DNA of 64,000 nt from Balanoglossus misakiensis (taxonomy: Eukaryota > Animalia > Hemichordata): assembly GCA_040954595.2 (NCBI GenBank), contig CM082586.2, positions 4,097,025 to 4,161,024 of the forward strand. The letters run 5' to 3'. The notes under the pieces were generated by a model. That model was not told where the DNA came from, searched no databases, and saw only the letters and a list, made by a program, of their open reading frames with translations. Positions 38,701 through 47,100 of this stretch are shown here, piece by piece (positions within the stretch are counted from its first letter, which is position 1; every line of letters starts with the position of its first letter). The position numbers and the translations under genes are program-made.

Positions 38701-41700
38701 CCATGTGATGTCAGCAACCAGCAGCCAATCAGGGAACCTGATGCTGGGCAGTGTTGCCATAGGAACCCCACCAGCCAATGTCGACCCAGCTAACTACAGC
38801 CAGTGGCTGTCTGAGAAGTGGTTGAACGAGGGCAACTCGAGCGATGCGTTGTCACTGGATTTCAGTGTGGAGAAACATTACAATCAAACAAAGTAAGCAA
38901 AACTAAATTCCATGAAATTGCACTACATCTGACATCTTGCTATAGAAATATGATTGTGTATTGCTGTGGACACCCTCGCCAATCTAGTTAATGTAGAACA
39001 CTGTAGTAGTCTGAATGCACCATTTTATTCTGGACAATGTCTATCTAAACTACACCTTACTCAAAAAGACAAGCAACATGAACTGTTCCTTTCAAATCGT
39101 AGAAATATTTGTTTTAATTTTCAATCATTTCTCTCCTCCGCGCTATGTAGAACATGCAAATCAAAATAAAACTGATGAAAGCTAAATGTTTACGTTTGAT
39201 TGCAGTGGCATCGACTTCTTGAAATACATCGACAAACTATACGAACTACAACATTCAGGACCACACGACCACAGAGTCCGACTTCACATGAAGAAAGAAA
39301 TGGACACGTATCGATTGCAGCATGCCATGGACATGGTTATCGAACAGCTGCCTCCGCTGCTGGAACTGGGAGCGATCCCGGATCAGATCCTGAACGAGGG
39401 CTATTCATTCCCGTATCACGTACCCTCCATCATAAGCTTGGCCAGCACAGTGGTTGACGAGATGCCGGAAACATTCGGATATGTGCTGCTACAGGTGAGT
39501 TGTACAATTTGAATTCATGCACAAATCCCTGAAATTAGAAGCAGCCAACCGTAGCGTTGACTGGGCATGACAGCAACTGAAGATCCTAGTATACGTAGGT
39601 CGTGGCGACTGCAGTGAGGTTTGTACTGGTATGGGAGGACATATTCTCATCAAGGGGGACACCCACGCGGTGCAACGACCCCTTCCCTTTAAATGATAAT
39701 AATGCTGATTACTACAGAGGGCTGTGTTGCGAAAACCAAACACTAAGTAATAAGCCCAGGGCTGGAGTTACTTGGGTTTCAATCACCATGGCTTTTAATC
39801 ATATTCTAACAAAACATGCACTATGATTATTTGCAGGAATGCCATTGGCTCAATGCTTTGCTGTGTCATGTACGACAGTCTCTGCATGAATTGGACAAAC
39901 ACATACTCGGTGGCGAACATGCAATACCGCAGGAATTTACAGAAGTGACCCAATCCCTACAAGAAGAATTTGTGCCGATATCATGGATACATCCTCTAAG
40001 CCAACCGACCACACATTCACTGCTGTCATGGCTGAAAGGTTTGTGTAGTTATCAAATCCTTTTACTATAGCGTGTTGACATATGGAGACATTTGCCTACA
40101 AGGCCTGATAGAAATTTTTGCCAATCATGAGCTGTTTCAGGGGGTTACCGTGATGAGACAAATACACTATATATATAATTGAATTCATTTTTTTTTATTT
40201 CTGTTGTAGATTTGAACAAACGTCACAGTCAACTCAAGCAGTGGGTGAAGGAAGGCAAAGTTCCAACCAAGAACAATAAAAACGACGGCGCTCGTGGTGA
40301 ACTGACATCAGTCTGGCTTGGCGGTCTTGTCAACCCCAACGCTCTGATTACCGCCCTCAGACAAGAAAAAGCGGTCATTTCTGGCTGCCTTCTGACTGAG
40401 GTAAGTCACTGTGTAACAAAAGTTTACAGCCAGGTGTGCTTGTAGTTAGTCTTGAAAGGTACAAAAGTCACGTTTGACATTATTTTAGTTTCTTGTGGTA
40501 GTTTATTTATGCGTAGCTGACTGAAATATGCTACATGTCTGTTTTCTGAATTTTCGTCAATGCGGAAAGTAATCGTGACAGTTTCTATCAATTTCTGCAG
40601 GCCAAGTTATTGCGTTTAATTAACTTTTAATTACTCGCAATTGATAATGTCTTGTAACTTGCTTGGCAGGTTGAACTTGAGTGTGATGTTTCTACGTCCA
40701 TCGATTGTGACTCATTTGACATTGAACATGAAGGTGGAATGTACCTACGTGGGCTGTATCTCCAAGGTGCATCATGGGATATCCAAAATGGCTGCCTCTC
40801 TCCACCCAAGTAAGTCTCTTTGACCAATCAGTGATGCCGTTACATCATTAAAACAGCTAGACCTTCTGTATGTATGTAGGCTTGTCTTGCATTCAGGTTT
40901 TGACCCTATTATTTTTGTATTCTGCTTTCCAGGACCGAGTTAAATTTGATGCCCAGTGTGTACATCCGACCAGTTGTGAAATCCACTGCGACCGACACCG
41001 ACCAAAGCGAGCAACAGGATGTTGGATATTTTGAGTGTCCGGTTTGTGTCAATAAAGCTCGTCAAATCACCGCATTCACTCTACGTTTGAGATGTCCATT
41101 GCCGGTGGAGCAGTGGAAACAAGCAGGCACGGCCATCGTACTTGATCCAGGTAAGTTTCATTTCACACATCAGTGTTTCTTACAAATTGTAGCAACCTCT
41201 AAAATCAGCAGAGAAAAGCATGTACTTGACACTAGACATGTTTTACCCAAAATGTAAGAATTTTAACATGTGAGAATATTTGTCTTTTTAGGTGCTCCTG
41301 AGGACAGCGTGAAGAAATCCAAGGGTTTCATGGCCATCAAACGTGAAGTGGCTATGATTGAAGACGACGCGATGAGTGAAAGGGTACCGTCGTCGATTGG
41401 ATCTCGCAAATCGGGGCTGTCCGACAACGCGTCCGAGCACTCCAGGATGTCGAGGCGCTCCGCGCGGTCGCTGCGATCCCGTCTGTCCGACCAGGCCCTG
41501 CAGCAGCAGCAGCAGCGGCAGGCGGAGAAGTTCGACTCGACGTGGTCGGTGCGGTCGGAGACGCTGGGCAAGGAGCGATACAGCTACTCCATGTTCGACT
41601 ACCGGGCGCCCACGCTGCGGGAGAAACGTCTGGAGGAGCGACAGAGGAGACGGCAGGAGATGCTGGACAACCAGAACCAGAACAACAATCTGGAGGAGGC

Positions 41701-43123
41701 GGAGACGGCCCAGGCAGACGGTGCAGCGACCGACGGCGGTCGGTCTGACCGCTCGGACAAGAAACGCAAGGACGACAGCGCGTCGGAGCGATCGGCGTAC
41801 AGCTACAAGTCGGACAGCAAGAAGGCGAGTAACGAAGACCTTGATAGGTTCGAGTCCGAGTCGGACGCCGGTAAGTCGGACGTGTCCAAGAAGTCCGAGG
41901 ATCGTCAATCGAGACACAGCTCAGCGAGATCTGGGAAGGATTCCATGTACAGCGGCACGTTGTCCAGACACTCGGACACGGACGAGAAGCGGTCGCTGCA
42001 CAGCGCCAGGTCGGATTACTCAGAGAAAAGCGGCAAGCGGTCTCAAGCGAGCATCCGATCTGAAAAATCTACAGGCCGAGCATCAGTGCACAGCAAGGCT
42101 TCCAAACGCAGCGGGAGACGCTCCGAGGAATCTTTCTTCTCAGACGCCAAGGAAGACTCCGACAGAAAGTCGCGGCAGTCTGTCGAATCAGCGAGGAGGT
42201 CACCATCAGTGAAGGGCGATGAAGATAGGAAATCTCTCTCGTCAGCCAAAAGTGTAGACAGGAAATCTGTCTCGTCAGCCAAAAGTGTAGACCGGAAATC
42301 TTTCTCATCAGCCAAGAGTGACACAGGAAGAAAGTCAGCGGGAGAAACATCGCCCCGAGTGGATGATGAAGTCGACAAGAAATCAGTCAAGTCGTCGAAG
42401 GATGATACTTCGCAGAAATCGTTCAAATTTGACGATGAGAAGAAATCAGAAAAGTCACCGACGAAGGCCGACGATGACAAAGATTCATTCTTCGCAGACG
42501 AGGAGGAGGAGACAAAATCCCAGAAGTCGGTCAAAGCTGACGAGGACAGAGCATCCCGAGTGTCGTTCAAGTCAGACAGCCGACCAGCATCTGTGGCAAA
42601 GGAAGAGAAAGACGTCAGGAAATCTCAGAGCTCCTTGAGATCACAGAGAGATGCAGAACCGTCCAACGATGATGGTGGTGATGATGTTGATGGCGGTGCA
42701 GCACAGAGATCGAAAACGCCGAGCGACAAGGGAGACGTAAAGTCAGAAACCCAGTCGGTTGCCATGGATCTCCATCACGAATCTGAACCTGAATCTGAAG
42801 GAGTCAAACAGACCCAGGAGGATTCAGGAGATGATTCCAAAGCCAAGACTGATGATGACGCAGCCAAGGCTGATGATGACAGTGATTCCAAAGCCAAGGC
42901 TGATGATGATGGTGACAAATCCGGCGATGATGATGCATCCAAAGCCAAGGCCGAGGATGACAAAGTGTCCGCGGATGGTGACAATAAACAGGAAGCAGAC
43001 TACGACTACGAAGATGATTTCAGCACAGCCTCCGACGCGGAATTGAAGAAGAAGGTCACGTCGGACGAGGATGATTTTGACTTTGATTCACCGGCCAAAA
43101 GTAAAGCAGACCCAGCATATTAA
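65..43123 (+). CDS. Divergent axonemal-type dynein heavy chain (outer-arm beta-like), 76 exons in window, 5' end upstream of window; AAA1 ATPase motifs degenerate
   Basis: Exons with GT-AG boundaries (one GC-AG) join in frame to 15,021 nt ending in TAA at 43121-43123. Recognisable DHC motifs in the correct order: GWLRVDLMPIKQ, LSNPAMRPRHWKQL, FPRFYFLS, FDWKAQL, YGYEYMG, GPAGCGKS, GDSGCGKT, FLPTAERCHYIFTLRD, FATYLGPY, PLIIDP, LRMLRPDRL, GWVVLQDLHL, GLYLQGASWD. Confidence 0.93.
2895..2977. mobile_element. piggyBac-type MITE copy (right TIR decayed)
   Basis: CCCTTTCACCgctatggttcagtccaaacccattg...aaggttggacctctac...ctgggggtg, followed by TTAA at 2978. Confidence 0.65.
5003..5088. mobile_element. 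piggyBac-type MITE copy
   Basis: CCCTTTCACCCCCA...ttggaccaaaccatggtgttgaaaaGGG|TTAA. Confidence 0.72.
9005..12429 (+). CDS. Dynein HC exons 13-21: DHC_N2/linker with insertions
   Basis: Exons 9005-9214, 9435-9570, 9691-9834, 10047-10201, 10594-10786, 11077-11297, 11440-11557, 11705-11893, 12122-12429. Motifs KWQKRLQTIEAVLSVWLDVQDKW, RRQKFPRFYFLS, CDGHIENWL, SFDWKAQLQYQW. Confidence 0.88.
10808..10915. mobile_element. Probable Tc1/mariner-type MITE fragment
   Basis: TA|CAGTCAAACCTGTGTTAGTGGCCACCTCT with internal repeats ttagtggcca and gacctgtttatagaggcca; only one end is visible. Confidence 0.4.
11897..12088 (+). repeat. Intronic tandem duplication, ~2 x 90 bp
   Basis: agaaatatttgtgtgatggtttatttcactc...ccacactgcataacacatct occurs twice. 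Confidence 0.85.
12668..15840 (+). CDS. Dynein HC exons 22-29: AAA1 module (degenerate nucleotide site) and lid
   Basis: Exons 12668-12811, 13296-13425, 13548-13877, 14097-14198, 14367-14492, 14818-14982, 15151-15348, 15635-15840. YGYEYMGSANRAVVTPMTERVF and VYMFNCS align to the AAA1 consensus YGYEYLGN.PRLVITPLTDRCY / VYVFNCS. Confidence 0.88.
14648..14706 (+). repeat. (ATTG)n microsatellite
   Basis: Direct reading of the sequence. Confidence 0.95.
16316..18224 (+). CDS. Dynein HC exons 30-35: AAA2 module
   Basis: Exons 16316-16473, 16654-16765, 16906-17025, 17317-17610, 17790-17960, 18096-18224. Intact Walker A VVGPAGCGKS; EWKDGLF; NERIRL; CIWAFGGTL. Confidence 0.9.
18381..20939 (+). CDS. 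Dynein HC exons 36-42: AAA3 module
   Basis: Exons 18381-18541, 18838-18964, 19079-19287, 19432-19522, 19722-19885, 20186-20357, 20703-20939. Walker A PVMLVGDSGCGKT, Walker B CLVDDLN, QRLLRHF, LWRHECQWVYGE. Confidence 0.9.
19914..19998. mobile_element. piggyBac-type MITE copy (degenerate)
   Basis: cctattcaccccca...tttggaccaaaccatggtggtgaaaggg. Confidence 0.68.
21142..21226. mobile_element. piggyBac-type MITE copy
   Basis: TTAA|CCCTTTCAC...ggtttggtccaaat...ctgggGGTGAAAGGG|TTAG. Confidence 0.75.
21316..22743 (+). CDS. Dynein HC exons 43-46: AAA4 module (P-loop degenerate)
   Basis: Exons 21316-21558, 21732-21937, 22314-22480, 22593-22743. VCRIARSI..GHQLLVAEGCPGLASIMTKLAA aligns to the AAA4 consensus [31 protein letters not shown]. 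Confidence 0.87.
22930..26704 (+). CDS. Dynein HC exons 47-57: coiled-coil stalk, microtubule-binding domain, acidic insertion
   Basis: Exons 22930-23086, 23332-23436, 23592-23766, 24187-24253, 24415-24582, 24810-24924, 25125-25250, 25383-25602, 25954-26093, 26198-26339, 26504-26704. MTBD-like LAELRSMQKP...LTWSKGAKRQM...GSLCKWLRGVIRY, CC2 KVKPL, AAFATYLGPY. Confidence 0.86.
25648..25821. mobile_element. Probable Tc1/mariner (pogo/Tigger-like) MITE remnant
   Basis: Imperfect TIRs TACTGTAAAACCTGTCTAAA ... TTTAGATTGATTCTACAGTA with TA ends. Related ends occur at 10808 (tacagtcaaacctgtg), 6189/6245 and ~20570-20622. Confidence 0.45.
26835..35102 (+). CDS. Dynein HC exons 58-64: AAA5 and strut/buttress with acidic insertion
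   Basis: Exons 26835-26988, 29269-29417, 32936-33192, 33507-33833, 34046-34217, 34355-34520, 34993-35102. ENAAIL..PLIIDP, NFRLYMQT, RPEL, PVAKRAALLF, SLYEEHRLLF. Confidence 0.86.
29990..30485 (+). repeat. Degenerate CATCA-rich minisatellite (units like catcacca..ttgtgcacttcatcac)
   Basis: Recurrent catcaccaa/tgtgcacttcatca motifs with no consistent ORF. Confidence 0.45.
31489..31573. mobile_element. piggyBac-type MITE copy (degenerate)
   Basis: TTAA|CCCTTTTACCCC...aaacaatgg...ggatgataGGG|TTAA; same length as the other copies. Confidence 0.65.
32186..32333 (+). repeat. Three copies of GTTGCTATGGTGAAGGG (RFX X-box-like)
   Basis: Copies start at 32186, 32231 and 32311. Confidence 0.6.
32403..32486. 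mobile_element. 84-bp piggyBac-type MITE (best-preserved copy)
   Basis: TTAA|CCCTTTCACC...GGTGAAAGGG|TTAA: terminal inverted repeats starting with CCC and a TTAA target duplication, the piggyBac hallmark. Confidence 0.8.
34668..34940 (+). repeat. Compound microsatellite (GTAT)n/(GTAC)n followed by (GTT)n
   Basis: Direct reading of the sequence. Confidence 0.95.
35476..41150 (+). CDS. Dynein HC exons 65-75: AAA6 and C-terminal domain
   Basis: Exons 35476-35715, 36101-36420, 36863-37043, 37405-37626, 38114-38385, 38639-38892, 39206-39494, 39837-40038, 40210-40400, 40670-40809, 40933-41150. LRPDRL, GWVVLQDLHL, FRVWITS, VWLGGLVNPNALITA, GLYLQGASWD, FECPV, WKQAGTAIVL. Confidence 0.88.
37966..38051. 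mobile_element. piggyBac-type MITE copy (opposite orientation to 32403)
   Basis: TTAA|CCCTTTCCCC...GGTGAAAGGG|TTAA; internal atggttcagtccaaa and aaggttggtcct are shared with the family. Confidence 0.75.
41292..43123 (+). CDS. Terminal exon 76: ~610-aa Ser/Arg/Lys/Asp-rich low-complexity C-terminal extension
   Basis: Acceptor tgtctttttag|GT is phase-compatible with the donor at 41150 (CCAG|gtaagt). The 1,832-nt exon is open to TAA and matches ORF 41270..43123. Confidence 0.85.
42224..42322 (+). repeat. Coding tandem repeat, 3 x 33 bp (DRKSxSSAKSV)
   Basis: gataggaaatctctctcgtcagccaaaagtgta occurs three times with few substitutions. Confidence 0.85.
42830..42962 (+). repeat. Coding degenerate repeat (SKAKADDD-like units)
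   Basis: Repeated ccaaagccaagg/actgatgatga units. Confidence 0.7.
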
Positions 43124-43658
43124 TTTGTAGTGACTTTACCTATTAGCATTATCAAACGAAGACACAATACTGGATAGACTGTGCAATTGCACTGTGTATC
43201 TGTTGAGTAGCTGTTGTTTCTGTTTATAGGAACATTTGATGGTAAGTCACAGTATGAAGAACATGCAAAAAATGTCCATGCCAAACATAGCATAATAATA
43301 TTTTTCCAAATCTCCATTAACTTGTCGAAATATTGTTATATTCTCTGAACCTGAGGACCAAATATTCTTTACCATAAATGTTAACAAATTCGCAGTGTTG
43401 TTATTACTTATATGCGAACGACAAGAATGTACACTATTTTCTGTAAAAACTTACGCTTATCTGTTATCTGCAGGGATATTGTGTCTGGCTGCAAAAGATA
43501 TTTATCACTCTCCAAACACTGACAGAATATTATACTATCAGGAATGGTATCTTTGACAATTCTAAGTGTTCAATAACATTGTATTGATGTGTAAAACATT
43601 CAGAGACACAAATTTGTCATAGCAATATCACAGAGATATTAAATCATAACACATTCAG

Positions 43659-44019
43659 AATAAAATAGTTAATTCCGTCCATTAAAAATGTTAATAACTT
43701 TTCCATCACATTTTTCACACACTGTAAATTCATAATAATTGGAAAATTTCGTTAGTGTTCATTCTCTACTAGCAGTTTGCTTTGAATACAAATGAATAAT
43801 TTTTTATTATTATTTTAAATAATTGTAAATATTGATATAAATTGATGGTGTGTATATACTGTGTTTTTCCATAATGTAGACCCAGTGCATATACAAAGCC
43901 AAGCCTGAATTTGACTGCAATTTGATCTCTTTTTTTTTATTTGTATCATATTGCTTGTCTCTGCTGTGCATTTCTAGATTTCTGTGTAATGTGTGTTTGT
44001 CAATTCTGTTTCTATTAAA
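43659..44019 (+). promoter_or_regulatory. Candidate polyadenylation signals (AATAAA 43659-43664; ATTAAA 44014-44019 followed by a GT-rich tract)
   Basis: Hexamers lie in the AT-rich region after the stop codon; gtgtttgtggtg lies ~25 nt after ATTAAA. Confidence 0.5.
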
Positions 44020-44107
44020 AGAGAATTATGTGATGTCATAGTGTTTGTGGTGATTAATTCCGTTACACAATTAAGCCCATGAAAAATGTTTAAGAGCCTC
44101 GAAAACA

Positions 44108-47100
44108 CCATGATTTTTTATAAAAAATGAAGAAATTTTGATATTTCAGAAAGTCGAAAAATTGTCATTTTTGGATGATTTTCATGAGCTATAACCCATG
44201 CTTTTTTCAAAAAAATGAAGAAATTTTGATATTTCGGAAAGTCGAAAAATTGTCATTTTTGGATGATTTTCATGAGCTATAACCCATGCTTTTTTCAAAA
44301 AAATGAAGGAATTTTGATATTTCGCAAAGTCGAAAAATTGTCATTTCTGGATGATTTTCATGAGCTATAACCCATGGTTTTCATCGAAAAATCACCAGAT
44401 TTCGAAAATTCGCAAAGTCGAAAAATTGTCATTTCTGGATGATTTTCATGAGCTATAACCCATGGTTTTCATCGAAAAATCACCAGATTTCGAAAATTCG
44501 CAAAGTCGAAAAATTGTCATTTCTGGATGATTTTCATGAGCTATAACCCATGGTTTTCATCGAAATATCACCAGATTTCGAAAATTCGCAAAGTCGAAAA
44601 ATTGTCATTTCTGGATGATTTTCATGAGCTATAACCCATGGTTTTCATCGAAAAATCACCAGATTTCGAAAATTCGCAAAGTCGAAAAATTGTCATTTCT
44701 GGATGATTTTCATGAGCTATAACCCATGGTTTTCATCGAAAAATCACCAGATTTCGAAAATTCGCAAAGTCGAAAAATTGTCATTTCTGGATGATTTTCA
44801 TGAGCTATAACCCATGGTTTTCATCGAAAAATCACCAGATTTCGAAAATTCGCAAAGTCGAAAAATTGTCATTTCTGGATGATTTTCATGAGCTATAACC
44901 CATGGTTTTCATCGAAAAATCACCAGATTTCGAAAATTCGCAAAGTCGAAAAATTGTCATTTCTGGATGATTTTCATGAGCTATAACCCATGGTTTTCAT
45001 CGAAAAATCACCAGATTTCGAAAATTCGCAAAGTCGAAAAATTGTCATTTCTGGATGATTTTCATGAGCTATAAGCCATGGTTTTCATCGAAAAATCACC
45101 AGATTTCGAAAATTCGCAAAGTCGAAAAATTGTCATTTCTGGATGATTTTCATGAGCTATAACCCATGGTTTTCATCGAAAAATCACCAGATTTCGAAAA
45201 TTCGCAAAGTCGAAAAATTGTCATTTCTGGATGATTTTCATGAGCTATAACCCATGGTTTTCATCGAAAAATCACCAGATTTCGAAAATTCGCAAAGTCG
45301 AAAAATTGTCATTTCTGGATGATTTTCATGAGCTATAACCCATGGTTTTCATCGAAAAATCACCAGATTTCGAAAATTCGCAAAGTCGAAAAATTGTCAT
45401 TTCTGGATGATTTTCATGAGCTATAACCCATGCTTTTCATCAAAAAATCACCAGATTTCGAAAATTCGCAAAGTCGAAAAATTGTCATTTCTGGATGATT
45501 TTCATGAGCTATAACCCATGGTTTTCATCGAAAAATCACCAGATTTCGAAAATTCGCAAAGTCGAAAAATTGTCATTTCTGGATGATTTTCATGAGCTAT
45601 AACCCATGGTTTTCATCGAAAAATCACCAGATTTCGAAAATTCGCAAAGTCGAAAAATTGTCATTTCTGGATGATTTTCATGAGCTATAACCCATGCTTT
45701 TCATCGAAAAATCACCAGAATTCGCAAAGTCGAAAAATTGTCATTTCTGGATGATTTTCATGAGCTATAACCGATGGTTTTCATCCAAAAATCACCAGAT
45801 TTCGAAAATTCGCAAAGTCGAAAAATTGTCATTTCTGGATGATTTTCATGAGCTATAACCCATGGTTTTCATCGAAAAATCACCAGATTTCGAAAATTCG
45901 CAAAGTCGAAAAATTGTCATTTCTGGATGATTTTCATGAGCTATAACCCATGCTTTTCATCGAAAAATCACCAGATTTCGAAAATTCGCAAAGTCGAAAA
46001 ATTGTCATTTCTGGATGATTTTCATGAGCTATAACCCATGGTTTTCATCGAAAAATCACCAGATTTCGAAAATTCGCAAAGTCGAAAAATTGTCATTTCT
46101 GGATGATTTTCATGAGCTATAACCCATGCTTTTCATCGAAAAATCACCAGATTTCGAAAATTCGCAAAGTCGAAAAATTGTCATTTCTGGATGATTTTCA
46201 TGAGCTATAACCCATGGTTTTCATCGAAAAATCACCAGATTTCGAAAATTCGCAAAGTCGAAAAATTGTCATTTCTGGATGATTTTCATGAGCTATAACC
46301 CATGCTTTTCATCGAAAAATCACCAGATTTCGAAAATTCGCAAAGTCGAAAAATTGTCATTTCTGGATGATTTTCATGAGCTATAACCCATGCTTTTCAT
46401 CGAAAAATCACCAGATTTCGAAAATTCGCAAAGTCGAAAAATTGTCATTTCTGGATGATTTTCATGAGCTATAACCCATGCTTTTCATCGAAAAATCACC
46501 AGATTTCGAAAATTCGCAAAGTCGAAAAATTGTCATTTCTGGATGATTTTCATGAGCTATAACCCATGCTTTTCATCGAAAAATCACCAGATTTCGAAAA
46601 TTCGCAAAGTCGAAAAATTGTCATTTCTGGATGATTTTCATGAGCTATAACCCATGCTTTTCATCGAAAAATCACCAGATTTCGAAAATTCGCAAAGTCG
46701 AAAAATTGTCATTTCTGGATGATTTTCATGAGCTATAACCCATGCTTTTCATCAAAAAATCACCAGATTTCGAAAATTCGCAAAGTCGAAAAATTGTCAT
46801 TTCTGGATGATTTTCATGAGCTATAACCCATGGTTTTCATCGAAAAATCACCAGATTTCGAAAATTCGCAAAGTCGAAAAATTGTCATTTCTGGATGATT
46901 TTCATGAGCTATAACCCATGCTTTTCATCAAAAAATCACCAGATTTCGAAAATTCGCAAAGTCGAAAAATTGTCATTTCTGGATGATTTTCATGAGCTAT
47001 AACCCATGGTTTTCATCGAAAAATCACCAGATTTCGAAAATTCGCAAAGTCGAAAAATTGTCATTTCTGGATGATTTTCATGAGCTATAACCCATGGTTT

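Noticed and set aside
41263-43046. Long overlapping antisense and alternative-frame ORFs (e.g. 41376..42212, 41288..41917)
   Set aside because: Shadows of the GC-rich, low-complexity terminal exon, with no independent signals.
65-43123. Pseudogene interpretation, or assigning the symbol DNHD1/DNAH9/DNAH17
   Set aside because: No frameshifts or premature stops across 76 exons with valid splice sites. Orthology cannot be fixed without a phylogeny.
44398-44416. CENP-B box in the monomer (TTTCGAAAATTCGCAAA)
   Set aside because: Spacing between TTCG and CG is one base short and the CGGG core is absent.
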